Source: Candidatus Moranbacteria bacterium UBA1362 (GTDB taxonomy: Bacteria; Patescibacteriota; Minisyncoccia; Moranbacterales; GWC2-37-73). From it: a stretch of 64,000 nt of DNA. Where the stretch lies: assembly GCA_002306085.1 (NCBI GenBank), contig DBRS01000017.1, forward strand, positions 1,482 through 65,481, given 5' to 3'. The number at the start of each line of letters is the position of its first letter. The stretch's first letter is position 1. The notes beneath the pieces were generated by a model, which saw nothing but the letters and a program-made list of their open reading frames with translations, was not told the origin of the DNA and did no database searches. Below, piece by piece: positions 9,556-19,247 of the stretch. Both the position numbers and the translations under genes were made by a program.

Positions 9556-12063
9556 TTACCGCCTCACCTTTACTTTAAGGCCCTCTTCCAGAGCTCTTGT
9601 AATCGCGCTTACCACATCATCTATTTCCTCGCTGGTCAAGGTCCTGTCATCGGCGCCCAAAATTATATGAAAAGCAAAGCTTGAAGTGCCGTCATCAAAA
9701 TCAATGGCATCAAACAAATCTACATCGAGCACGATGTTCCCGCCGGCCGCCTGAATGGTCTGCAATATTTCATCAACTTTTATTGTGCCGTCCGTAACCA
9801 TTGAGACATCCCTGGTGACGCTCGGAAACCTGTTAATCGGACTGTATTCCCTTTCTTGCTGCACGAAACTGAAAAGTTTTTGCATGTCAAATTCAAACAT
9901 AGCGACTCGAGTATGAATATTAAACTGCGCAAGAACAAACGGATTTATTTCTCCCATAAAACCTACGGCGTCTTCATGCCCTTCAATTTTCACTTCGGCG
10001 CTCCTGCTTTCATGCCATAATGATCTCGGCGTGTCGACAGGACTGCTGTTGAAGTTATCATAGTAATAATCCGTTATGCCGATCCGCGAAAGAAGGTTGT
10101 CTACCGAGGATTTTGCGATGAAGAAATTTGATTCATGCCTCTTTTCCCGCTTTTCTCCTTTTTTGCCCTTATTTTCGAGAATAATCGCGCCAACAAGCAT
10201 TTCCTTCTCTTCCGGTAAAATTTCCTTCAGTCTGCCTGCAGCGGAAGATTTTGTGGTTTTTCCCGAAATTTCTTGCGCAACTTGTTCGATGGCCAAGTTT
10301 TGGGCAGGCCAATATACCCTTCCTATTTCAAAAATTTCAAATTCCCTGAAATATTTGAGGTTTTCTCTGGTATTTTTGAGAATATTGGGAACGAGACTTA
10401 CTCTCATGAGAGCCTGATCGGGATTGGCCGGATTTTCCAGTTCAAGATGCTTGAGCGAACCGAGCTGAGCAAGATTGGCGTCGCGCTGTGAATAAAAAGA
10501 ATAGTTATACATTTCGGAAAATCCCTGCGAAACAAGTACGTCTTTCACGAGCCTTGCAAAAATCCTCTTTTCGTTTATCTTCGCCGGCTGAAGTGAAACG
10601 AGCGGCGCCCGCGATTTGATTTTTTCGTATCCGTAAATTCTTCCTATTTCTTCAATCAAATCCTCCTCGGTCCTGAGATCAAGCCTGAACGTGGGAATGC
10701 CGACGCTGATATTTTTTCCGGAACCCGCCACTTTTAGATCAAGAGATCTCAGGATTTTCTTGACCGTGCCGGCCGGAACAGTTTCCCCAAGAAGCTTGTT
10801 TGCATAATCAAGTCTCAGTTTAATTTTCCAAGGATTGACTTTTTTGGGATACACGTCTTTGACGCCTTCCAGCTCGGCGCCTGCAGTGTGCTCAAGAATT
10901 TCAATAATCCTTGCCATGGCTTTCTCGGCGATGTTCGAATCAATATCTTTTTCATAGCGCAAGGCCGCATCGCTTATTATTCCCAAACGCATCCTTGTGC
11001 GCCTTATGGAGCTGGCATTGAAATTCGCCGATTCTATTACGATCCTTTTTGTATTTTTCGAAACTCCGCTTCCAAGTCCGCCCATTACTCCGGCAAGAGC
11101 AATGGGTTCTTTTTCGTTAGCGATGACAATATCATTTTCACCAAGTTCTTTAACGCTTTCATCAAGAAGCTTAAGCTTTTCTCCTTTTGCAGCCTTTCGT
11201 ACTATAATATTGGCTTTTTGGCCGTCTGAAATTTTATCAAAATCAAAAGCATGCATAGGCTGCCCAAGTTCAAGCATCACATAGTTGGTCGCGTCAACAA
11301 TGTTGTTTATCGGCCTGATTCCTGACATTTTCAACCGATTTTGGATCCATTGAGGCGAATCTTCCACTGTTATCCCTTTCATCACGGCCCCGACGTAGCG
11401 AGGACAAAGATTTTTATCTTTCACTTCAATTAAAAGCGCTTCCGTTTTCTTTTTTGCAACGCCGAGTCCGTCATAATCATATTCAACTTTTTTTCCTTCG
11501 AGAGCCGCTATTTCGCGCGCCATGCCGACATGCGAGAGCGCGTCATGACCGCGATTTGCCAAAACATCAATTTCTATTGAAACGTCGTCAAGTCCAAAAA
11601 TTTTCGCGATGGGTTGCCCTAACTTGGCGTTCTTTTTTAAAATCATTATTCCGCTGTGATCGGTTCCCAGACCCAGCTCATCTTCCGCGCAAAGCATTCC
11701 GAACGATTTTACTCCCCTAATTTCGGCCTCTTTGATTTCAAAACCTTTCGATCCGCCCAAGGGCGAAGCGGGAAGTTTGGCTCCAACCAACGCGACGGGA
11801 ACCCTCTGTCCCACCTCGATATTCGGCGCTCCGCAAACGATCTGAAGCACTTCCTTGCCAATATTAACTTTTGCGATCCTGAGCTTGTCGGCATTCGGAT
11901 GTTTTGATATTTCCATGATTTCCCCCACGACCACGTCTTTTAAATTTTCCAACTTTTCAATCCCTTCGATTTCAAAAGAATGCAACATCAAATTGTCAGC
12001 CAGTTTTTCAACCGACATTTTCGTCCCTGATAATTCTTTGAGCCAATTGTAACTGTATTTCAT
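9556..12063 (-). CDS. pheT: Phenylalanine--tRNA ligase beta subunit
   Basis: HPNADKL, IVCGAPN, IRGVKSFGMLCA, NRGHDALS, PINNIVDATNYVMLELGQP, FRLDL..EEDLIEEIGRIYG, C-terminal anticodon-binding domain. Confidence 0.97.
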   Translation of the reverse strand: MKYSYNWLKELSGTKMSVEKLADNLMLHSFEIEGIEKLENLKDVVVGEIMEISKHPNADKLRIAKVNIGKEVLQIVCGAPNIEVGQRVPVALVGAKLPASPLGGSKGFEIKEAEIRGVKSFGMLCAEDELGLGTDHSGIMILKKNAKLGQPIAKIFGLDDVSIEIDVLANRGHDALSHVGMAREIAALEGKKVEYDYDGLGVAKKKTEALLIEVKDKNLCPRYVGAVMKGITVEDSPQWIQNRLKMSGIRPINNIVDATNYVMLELGQPMHAFDFDKISDGQKANIIVRKAAKGEKLKLLDESVKELGENDIVIANEKEPIALAGVMGGLGSGVSKNTKRIVIESANFNASSIRRTRMRLGIISDAALRYEKDIDSNIAEKAMARIIEILEHTAGAELEGVKDVYPKKVNPWKIKLRLDYANKLLGETVPAGTVKKILRSLDLKVAGSGKNISVGIPTFRLDLRTEEDLIEEIGRIYGYEKIKSRAPLVSLQPAKINEKRIFARLVKDVLVSQGFSEMYNYSFYSQRDANLAQLGSLKHLELENPANPDQALMRVSLVPNILKNTRENLKYFREFEIFEIGRVYWPAQNLAIEQVAQEISGKTTKSSAAGRLKEILPEEKEMLVGAIILENKGKKGEKREKRHESNFFIAKSSVDNLLSRIGITDYYYDNFNSSPVDTPRSLWHESRSAEVKIEGHEDAVGFMGEINPFVLAQFNIHTRVAMFEFDMQKLFSFVQQEREYSPINRFPSVTRDVSMVTDGTIKVDEILQTIQAAGGNIVLDVDLFDAIDFDDGTSSFAFHIILGADDRTLTSEEIDDVVSAITRALEEGLKVKVRR

Positions 12064-12159
12064 TTCACTTATAACTTCACCAGCTCCGCTAGCTTCACCA
12101 GAATTTAGAAATTTGAATTTCCCAAAAACCGAAGAAGCTAAAAGCTAACAAAGTCAATC

Positions 12160-13194
12160 TTAGAACTGTTTTATAAATCTTATATCACCGCTATGAAAAA
12201 ATCTGATATCGGTAATTTTGTTGCGCATCATAAGAAGTCTTTCCAGTCCGAATCCCCACGCAAATCCCTGATATTTTCCTCTCGGATAGCCGGATGAGAC
12301 AAAAACATTCTGATTTACCATGCCCGCGCCTCCGACCTCAAGCCATCCTCCGCCTTTGCATGTTTGGCAGCCTTTTCCTCCGCAAACGGTGCAGCTTATG
12401 TCAAATTCAAAACTAGGTTCGGTGAACGGAAAAAAGCTTGGCCGCAGTCTCACTGTTATTTTTTTCTTGAAAAATCTGGAAAAAAATTGCTCGGCAATGA
12501 ATTTGAAGTTTGCCACACTCACATCTTCGCCAACCATAAGAGCTTCGAACTGATAAAAAGTGTGTTCGTGTTTGGCATCGGTAGCTTCATTGCGGAAGCA
12601 TTTTCCGGGAGATATTATCCGAAGCGGAGGTTCGTGATTTTCCATATGTCTTATCTGTACCGGGGAAGTATGCGGACGCAACAAAATTTTGTCTTTTTGT
12701 TCTCCGTCGCTTTTGATCCAAAACGTATCCCACTTGTCGCGCGCCGGATGATCGGGAGGCATATTGAGCGCATCAAAACTGTAAAAATCGGTTTCCACTT
12801 CCGGACCGTCTGCAATTTCAAATCCCAGCGAAATGAATATATCTTCCAATTCGTTCTGAATTTGCGTAAGCGGATGAAGATGCCCTCGTTTCATTTTAAC
12901 GGCAGGAATCGTAATATCGATTTTTTCAGCCGCAAAATCAAAACTTTTCTGTTTGATTTCCTGGCCTTTTTGCGCTAAAGCTTCCTCTATTTCCCTTTTG
13001 GCGGAGTTTGCAAGTTGTCCAACGGATTTTCTTTCGTCCGGCGAAAGATCCTTAAGCCCTTTCAGAATGGATGTGAATTCACTCTTCCTGCCCAAAAATT
13101 TCACCCTGATGGCGTTTATTTCATCCTCATTGGCGGCGCTTTGTATCTGCAAAATCGCCTCATTTCTGATTTTGTTTATTTTTTCGCTAAGCAT
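12160..13194 (-). CDS. pheS: Phenylalanine--tRNA ligase alpha subunit
   Basis: GHLHP, FDALNMPPDHPARD, LRPHTSPVQ, FFPFTEPS, GFAWGFGLERL. Confidence 0.97.
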   Translation of the reverse strand: MLSEKINKIRNEAILQIQSAANEDEINAIRVKFLGRKSEFTSILKGLKDLSPDERKSVGQLANSAKREIEEALAQKGQEIKQKSFDFAAEKIDITIPAVKMKRGHLHPLTQIQNELEDIFISLGFEIADGPEVETDFYSFDALNMPPDHPARDKWDTFWIKSDGEQKDKILLRPHTSPVQIRHMENHEPPLRIISPGKCFRNEATDAKHEHTFYQFEALMVGEDVSVANFKFIAEQFFSRFFKKKITVRLRPSFFPFTEPSFEFDISCTVCGGKGCQTCKGGGWLEVGGAGMVNQNVFVSSGYPRGKYQGFAWGFGLERLLMMRNKITDIRFFHSGDIRFIKQF

Positions 13195-13202
13195 AGAAAA
13201 AA

Positions 13203-13631
13203 TTAAATATTTTTGAGATAATCTTCAATTATTTTGTTATGATCAAACGCCAATCGCGGCAAAGATTTCAGTGATTCCCATTTATAGTCATCAACATCAC
13301 TTCCTATTTTTACATTCCCTTCAATTTCTGCGGCAAAAGCTACATTTATATTCTGATCGGGATGCCTGCCTGGAGCGCTATACACTCCAATTATCTTTGA
13401 AGATTTTACGGATACGCCCAATTCCTCCAATACCTCACGCTTTACCGAATCTTCAACCGTTTCATCCCATTCTATGTACCCCCCGGGAAGAGCCCAATAT
13501 CCCTTGAACGGCTCGCTTCCTCTTTTTATAAGCAAGATTTTGCCGTTCTTGATAATAACGGCATCCACAGTAACGTTTCTGCCGGCAAACCTTCCGCATT
13601 TTGGACACGGTTTATTATTTTTCAAGTGCAT
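13203..13631 (-). CDS. NUDIX hydrolase (ADP-ribose pyrophosphatase-like)
   Basis: Nudix box GGYIEWDETVEDSVKREVLEELG, WALPGG, LAFDH. ATG at 13631 follows the tyrS stop. Confidence 0.9.
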   Translation of the reverse strand: MHLKNNKPCPKCGRFAGRNVTVDAVIIKNGKILLIKRGSEPFKGYWALPGGYIEWDETVEDSVKREVLEELGVSVKSSKIIGVYSAPGRHPDQNINVAFAAEIEGNVKIGSDVDDYKWESLKSLPRLAFDHNKIIEDYLKNI

Positions 13632-13632
13632 A

Positions 13633-14838
13633 CTACTTTTCAAATTTTATTCTAACAAATCCCATTTTGCCTATCTTTAAAACCTTTTGGTCTTTTTCTT
13701 TCGTGACGACGCTTTGCACATCGGTTATTTTCTCATCGTCTAATGATACGCCTCCTTGTTCTATTTTTCTTCTCGCGTCGCTAAGACTCTTCGCATTTTT
13801 TGATTCCAAAATGAGCTGCGCGAGCTTTATGGAATCGCCCTTGACAACAAATTTCGGAGCTTCAGCAGGAATTTCTTTTTTTGAAAAAGTATTGATAAAA
13901 TACTGGCGAGCTTTGCGAGACTCCGTTTCCCCGTGATAAAGCTTCACTATTTCTCCTGCAAGGCGCAGTTTTGCATCGCGCGGATTAAGTTTTTCATCAT
14001 CCATCTCTTTTTTTATCTTTTCCACCTCATCAAGTGGCACTCTGGTGCAACTTATGAAATATTTCACAATAAGATCATCGCCCACGCTCATCACCTTACC
14101 AAACATGGTGTTTGGATCGTCCGTAATGTTGACTGTATTCCCCCAGCTCGAACTCATCTTTCGTCCGTCTATACCTTCAATAAGCTCATTTAATATTATG
14201 TCTTGCGGTTTTTGTCCGAAATGTTTCTGCATTTCCCTGCCTGCGAGGATATTGAACTTTTGATCTGTTCCTCCTATTTCAACATCCGCCTTAATCATTA
14301 CGCTGTCATATCCCTGCATAAGAGGATACAGAACTTCCCTGAGAGAAACTCTTTTTCCCGCGGTCAATCTTTTCCTGATATTTTCACGCGCGGAAAACTC
14401 AGCAAGAGAAAAAATATTTGCCTGCTCAGATATTTCAGAATACGTAAGCTTTCCAAGCCATTCGGAATTCCTGTGTGATTCAACTTTATTCATGTCCAAA
14501 ATCTTTCCAGCCTGCTGGAGATATGTCCTAAGATTGGACTCGACCGTTTCTTTTGAAAGCATGGGCCTTTCGCTTTCCTTGTCGGAAGTATCTCCAATTT
14601 GAGCGGTGAAATCTCCAATAATGAATACTATCTGATGTCCAAGTTGTTGCAAGTCGCGAAGTTTTAAAAGCGTAACGGCGCGGCCGAGATGAATATTCGA
14701 ACTTGTGGGATCAATTCCGAGCTTCACCCTGAGTTTCTCTCCGGCAAGAAGCCTTTTTTTAAGGTTTTCTTTGTCTATCACCTCTGTCACTCCTCGCGTG
14801 AGAATTTCATCAATTTGTTTTTCCAAGTTTTTGTCCAT
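13633..14838 (-). CDS. tyrS: Tyrosine--tRNA ligase
   Basis: GIDPT..IHLG (HIGH-like), YPLMQGYD, GGTDQKFN, KMSSS, C-terminal S4 domain. Start taken at ATG 14838. Confidence 0.97.
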   Translation of the reverse strand: MDKNLEKQIDEILTRGVTEVIDKENLKKRLLAGEKLRVKLGIDPTSSNIHLGRAVTLLKLRDLQQLGHQIVFIIGDFTAQIGDTSDKESERPMLSKETVESNLRTYLQQAGKILDMNKVESHRNSEWLGKLTYSEISEQANIFSLAEFSARENIRKRLTAGKRVSLREVLYPLMQGYDSVMIKADVEIGGTDQKFNILAGREMQKHFGQKPQDIILNELIEGIDGRKMSSSWGNTVNITDDPNTMFGKVMSVGDDLIVKYFISCTRVPLDEVEKIKKEMDDEKLNPRDAKLRLAGEIVKLYHGETESRKARQYFINTFSKKEIPAEAPKFVVKGDSIKLAQLILESKNAKSLSDARRKIEQGGVSLDDEKITDVQSVVTKEKDQKVLKIGKMGFVRIKFEK

Positions 14839-14895
14839 ATACAGCCATAATAGCAACAAAACGGCTTGGATGCAATATGCTTCAGACGCAATCTA

Positions 14896-14923
14896 TTGAC
14901 AAATTATTCTTCTGTTGCATAAT
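14896..14923 (+). promoter_or_regulatory. Sigma70-type promoter for the GGDEF gene
   Basis: TTGACA-16 bp-CATAAT; strong Shine-Dalgarno AAGGAGG at 15019-15025. Confidence 0.55.
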
Positions 14924-15031
14924 AAAAATAATATAGGATTTTCATCACGAATTATCTATATTTAGTTACTAGTAGTTTAAAAAATTTAATTAAAGTGCCG
15001 TGGAACATCTTTTAAAACAAGGAGGTTGAAA

Positions 15032-15742
15032 TTGAAAAAATGTCTGATGTCTCTGCGGTTATGGCATCTGAGATTGGAGAAGCAGAAAGGATTGATTTTT
15101 CTGGCGCTGTCTGCGTTCTCATTCGCAGGATGCATAATCTTCGGCGAATTCTTGGCGCCACATAGCAATGCCCTTTTGCTTTTTCCGGCAAAAGCGGTAA
15201 AATGTTTCGGTTTCTCTTTTCTTGTATTTGGAATGTTGCTGATTCTCTTCGGAAACAATAGTTGCCCGAGAGATTCTCTCACGGGACTGATCAACGGACG
15301 AATCTTCATGGAAACCGAAATGAAACGCCGTCGCTCGCTATTAGCCACAGAAAGCAGATTTGTCATCTTTTTCATTGACATAGACGGCCTCAAAAAAATA
15401 AACGACATCCACGGGCATAGGGCGGGAGACGAAGCAATTTTGGCTGTCGTAGCATGCATCAAGAAAATTCTTCGAAAAAATGACATTTTCATACGCTACG
15501 GCGGAGATGAATTTGTGGTGGCAACCACTTTCAGCAAAGACTCTTTGGATTATGACCCATGCGCCTTTGAGTTTAGAATCAGAGAATCTGTAAGGACCCA
15601 TCAGTTATTCTTCGAAGACGTACGAATACCTCTTTCAGTGTCCATAGGCAGAGAAGTATTCGAACCGCGCATGGACATAGACAAAGCAATAAAACTTGCC
15701 GACGAGAAAATGTATGAAGAAAAAAAGCGAAAAGCAGCATGA
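15032..15742 (+). CDS. Membrane-anchored diguanylate cyclase (2 TM + GGDEF)
   Basis: DSLTGL, FIDIDGLKKINDIHGHRAGD, RKND I-site, RYGGDEF, SVSIG, ADEKMY. TTG at 15032 fits the SD spacing better than 15026. Confidence 0.9.
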   Translation: MKKCLMSLRLWHLRLEKQKGLIFLALSAFSFAGCIIFGEFLAPHSNALLLFPAKAVKCFGFSFLVFGMLLILFGNNSCPRDSLTGLINGRIFMETEMKRRRSLLATESRFVIFFIDIDGLKKINDIHGHRAGDEAILAVVACIKKILRKNDIFIRYGGDEFVVATTFSKDSLDYDPCAFEFRIRESVRTHQLFFEDVRIPLSVSIGREVFEPRMDIDKAIKLADEKMYEEKKRKAA

Positions 15743-15786
15743 AAAAAAGCCGGGAAGGTATACACCTATCCCGGCTTATATTTTTT
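15742..15786. terminator. Bidirectional intrinsic terminator
   Basis: AAGCCGGGA-AGGT-atac-ACCT-a-TCCCGGCTT flanked by A and T runs between convergent genes. Confidence 0.8.
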
Positions 15787-15796
15787 CTGGATGATT

Positions 15797-16069
15797 TTAG
15801 AGTAATCCTAATCTTTTTTTTGCTTCAAAAACCTGATGCGAGTTCATCTGCCCGGATTTCTGCATGGCTTCAAGAGTTTTAAGGATTTCAGCCTTGTTTT
15901 TCTGGATATTTTTTGGTGTCATTACCTTTTTTATAAGTTTGCCTCTTTCTTCGGGACTCATCTTTTCAAGTTTTTTCATTGCCATTCTCTGCATGAAACT
16001 CATGTTCTGCGGATCCAGAGGATTATCAGTTTTTTTATCTTTATCTTTTTTCTTAAAAATATTAAACAT
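15797..16069 (-). CDS. Hypothetical small Met/Lys-rich helical protein
   Basis: 90-aa ORF downstream of secF in the same orientation. Confidence 0.65.
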   Translation of the reverse strand: MFNIFKKKDKDKKTDNPLDPQNMSFMQRMAMKKLEKMSPEERGKLIKKVMTPKNIQKNKAEILKTLEAMQKSGQMNSHQVFEAKKRLGLL

Positions 16070-16158
16070 ACTTTTAAAATTGTTAATTTGATATTTTGAT
16101 TATTAAGTCTTATGAATGAAAAACAAACTTACTGCTTATAGCATTTGTTATCTAAGGC

Positions 16159-17055
16159 TTATTTTTTTACCATCAGATTATAACTCGTCACAAGCAATGC
16201 CGACGCGATGAATATGGAAGAATATGTTCCGATAATGACACCTATGAGCAGTGCCAGCGCGAAATATTTTATCGACAAGCCTCCAAAAAGATATATTGCC
16301 AGCAGCGTTATCACCACAGTCAGCGAAGTATTAATCGAACGAACAAGAGTTTCATTAAGACTCCTATTTACTACGTCCGAAAAGCCTTCTTTATTCGACC
16401 CCCTGAGAAGATTCTCCCTTGTCCTGTCATAGACCACAATCGTATCGTGCACGGAAAATCCTAATATTGTCAAAAGTGCGGCTATGAACGGTATTCCGAT
16501 TTCCACCCCGTAGAAATGTCCGAGCACTGAAAACACTCCTGTTGTGATCAAGATGTCATGAGCGAGAGCAATCGCTGCGCCAAGTCCATATTTCCATGAT
16601 TCGACAGGGCGCGAAACCTTGCGGAAAGCCCAAGCAATATACGCCATGATCATCGCTATCGCCAACGCGATTGCTTGGAGCGATTTTGATTTGAGCTCTT
16701 TAGACACCGTGGAATTTATGAAATCCACGCTTTGTTGTGTGGCACCCGAATATTTTTCTCTGATAGCGTTCCAAACATCATCATTTGTTTTGTCATCATC
16801 CGCGGAATATCTAATGAGCGCTATATTTCCGTCCGAAGCTTGAATTATTAGACTGCCCAAATTTAAATGCTGAAGAGTTTCTGAAATTTCTTGATTGGAC
16901 GGAACGCTATCGGCAAATCCAACCTTCATAAGCGTCCCTCCTGTAAAGTCGATGTCATATTTAAGTCCCCAAAAAGACAAACTCAAAATACTGGCAAAAA
17001 CAAGTATTCCCGAAAATATATAAGCGTATTTGGCTTTACCGATAATATTGAACAT
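16159..17055 (-). CDS. secF: Protein translocase subunit SecF
   Basis: DIDFTGG, ALAHD, LTILGFSVHDTIVVYDRTRE, RSINTS, GTYSSIFIAS. Confidence 0.96.
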   Translation of the reverse strand: MFNIIGKAKYAYIFSGILVFASILSLSFWGLKYDIDFTGGTLMKVGFADSVPSNQEISETLQHLNLGSLIIQASDGNIALIRYSADDDKTNDDVWNAIREKYSGATQQSVDFINSTVSKELKSKSLQAIALAIAMIMAYIAWAFRKVSRPVESWKYGLGAAIALAHDILITTGVFSVLGHFYGVEIGIPFIAALLTILGFSVHDTIVVYDRTRENLLRGSNKEGFSDVVNRSLNETLVRSINTSLTVVITLLAIYLFGGLSIKYFALALLIGVIIGTYSSIFIASALLVTSYNLMVKK

Positions 17056-17117
17056 GTTCGTAAAATTTCTACCAATGTCTAAATATTTAATAAACCGAAT
17101 TTGTTAGAAATTAGCCA

Positions 17118-18812
17118 TTAAGTATTGGAAATTTTCACATCTTTTTTTCTGATGCCCACTATCCATACTCTCTCATGTATCCAATCGCTAACCAAAAACC
17201 TCAGCATGGTGCGAGTTATCACGATGGCTGTAAACATGGAAACGGCAACTCCGATAAAAAGAGATGCTGCGAATCCTTTCACGAAACCCGTACCCATGAA
17301 ATAGAGGATTCCCGCAGTCAACATGGATGATACGTTTCCGTCACGAATCGAAGTCCATGCGCGCTTGAATCCTTCTTCAATGGCGTTCTGCACAGTCCTC
17401 CCTCTTTTTATTTCTTCTTTCGTGCGTTCAAAAATCAAGATGTTTGCGTCAACGGCCATTCCAATGGAAAGAATAAATCCAGCGATTCCGGACAACGTCA
17501 GAGTAATCCCGCTGAATTTAAAAATAGTTATCATAAGTGCGGTATAGATCAGAAGCGAAATCGAAGCTACAAAGCCCAAAAACCTATAGAAAATAATCAT
17601 AAAAACTGTAACAGCAGCAAGTCCAACAACACCAGCAATAAGGCTTTTCTGGAGCGATTCAATGCCAAGAGACGCCTCGACGCTCTGTTGAGAAACAAGC
17701 GTTAACGGCACAGGCAATGCTCCCTGATTCAATCTTTCGGCTATTTCCTTGGCTTCTTGAAAAGTGTAATTACCGGTGATAACCGCCTGTCCGTTGGTTA
17801 TTTCTGATTGCACAACAGGAGCAATTTGAAGCTCTCCATCAAGAAATATCGCTATTTGCTTGCCCAGATTTTTTTTCGTAAGTTCGGCAAAAAGCTTAGT
17901 TCCCTCATCGTCGAACTGGAGCGCCACTTCCGGCTCTCCCAATCCCTGACCTTGGGAATATTGAGCCGTTGCAAATTTCAAATTCTTTCCGGAAAGACCG
18001 GTATCTTTATATATAAACTGTTCATATTGATATGGATCGTGTTTTGCAAAAAGGATATGGGCGGCATGAACTTCCCTCTCGTCCCCCTCACCTCTTGATT
18101 CAATAAACTTGATGATGTGCCAGCCGAATTGTGTTTCAACAAGTTCAGGATAAATTTCTCCCGATTTCAAACCCTTTTCAAAAAGCACTTCGTCAAATTC
18201 GGAAACAAATTGTCCCTTTTTTGCAAAATCAAGATCTCCCCCATTTTCTTTTGATCCCGGATCCTCACTATTATCTTTTGCGAGTTGTGAGAAATCTCCT
18301 CCATTTTTCACTTCTTCAAGAACTTTCTGCGCCTTCTCCTTCGCCTGCTTGTTTATCTGATCAAACATGTCTTTGGTCGATTGATCCGGTTCGCCCTCTT
18401 CTTTGAACTCCAAAAGCGGCGCATCTTTTATTTTTTCTTTCGCCTGCTCAATATCTTTTATACCGGGAAGCTCAACAATCACTCTGTGCTCATTGCCGCT
18501 TTTTGCTGTTTGCACCAACGGTTCGCCGACACCAAAAGCGTTGATTCTCCTTTCGATCACATCCTGCGCCCCCTGAAGCGCTTCATCAACATGCGACGAA
18601 TCTATGTTTGAAATATCCGCCTTATATTCCAAATGTATCCCTCCCTGCAGATCAAGGCCGAGATTAATTTTCAACCTGCTGATGGCATTATATGCCGGAG
18701 GAGCAAATTTCAGCACTTCGGGATATGAAAACAAGCCCGCAAAAACGGCCAGCAAAACGGTTCCCGCAAACTGAAGTTGTAGTTTCTTTTTCGCGCTTGT
18801 CATAGTTGGCAT
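17118..18812 (-). CDS. secD: Protein translocase subunit SecD with an inserted parvulin-type PPIase domain
   Basis: LGLDLQGG, ERRINAFGVGEP, VELPG, GALPVPL, GMAVDANILIFER, IRDGN; insert contains DFSQLAKDNSEDPGSKENGGDL and TQFGWHIIK. Confidence 0.95.
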   Translation of the reverse strand: MPTMTSAKKKLQLQFAGTVLLAVFAGLFSYPEVLKFAPPAYNAISRLKINLGLDLQGGIHLEYKADISNIDSSHVDEALQGAQDVIERRINAFGVGEPLVQTAKSGNEHRVIVELPGIKDIEQAKEKIKDAPLLEFKEEGEPDQSTKDMFDQINKQAKEKAQKVLEEVKNGGDFSQLAKDNSEDPGSKENGGDLDFAKKGQFVSEFDEVLFEKGLKSGEIYPELVETQFGWHIIKFIESRGEGDEREVHAAHILFAKHDPYQYEQFIYKDTGLSGKNLKFATAQYSQGQGLGEPEVALQFDDEGTKLFAELTKKNLGKQIAIFLDGELQIAPVVQSEITNGQAVITGNYTFQEAKEIAERLNQGALPVPLTLVSQQSVEASLGIESLQKSLIAGVVGLAAVTVFMIIFYRFLGFVASISLLIYTALMITIFKFSGITLTLSGIAGFILSIGMAVDANILIFERTKEEIKRGRTVQNAIEEGFKRAWTSIRDGNVSSMLTAGILYFMGTGFVKGFAASLFIGVAVSMFTAIVITRTMLRFLVSDWIHERVWIVGIRKKDVKISNT

Positions 18813-18919
18813 TATATATTAAGCCTGCGGATAAGGCAATAATAGCCTTACAGAGATAAAATATGCAAAATTTCTTTGCATTTTTGCAAATTTATGCAGG
18901 CTTTGTAATTATGCAAGCT

Positions 18920-19183
18920 TTACGGTTCTGGCAGTTTCTCTTTATGCCTTTCCAGTTGCTCCTTTATTTCCCCCCAACGAGAATCCAGGTCGCTTTTTAT
19001 TTTTTCGAGATTTTCATCCGGATGAAAAAAACCAAACGCTCTTTTTTCTTCCACAATTTCATCAACCAGCCCTTTGTATTCTTCATATGAAGTTATTTTT
19101 TCAAAAGCGACTCGCTGTCTCAGATCGCTCAAGAGCTGCTCTTCCGAATACTCCCCACCTGTATATGTTTCGAGTTTTTTCAT
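18920..19183 (-). CDS. Hypothetical acidic protein (87 aa)
   Basis: ORF between secA and secD on the same strand. Confidence 0.6.
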   Translation of the reverse strand: MKKLETYTGGEYSEEQLLSDLRQRVAFEKITSYEEYKGLVDEIVEEKRAFGFFHPDENLEKIKSDLDSRWGEIKEQLERHKEKLPEP

Positions 19184-19247
19184 GGATTATTTTTTGGCTG
19201 CTTATGAAAGATAGTACATCGCGGTCTTTTTTATTTTTTCACATAAC

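Noticed and set aside
18860-18916. Cluster of TGCA-containing words upstream of secD as another phased array
   Set aside because: TGCA spacings are irregular (13, 8, 10, 17 bp); this looks like low-complexity palindromic sequence.
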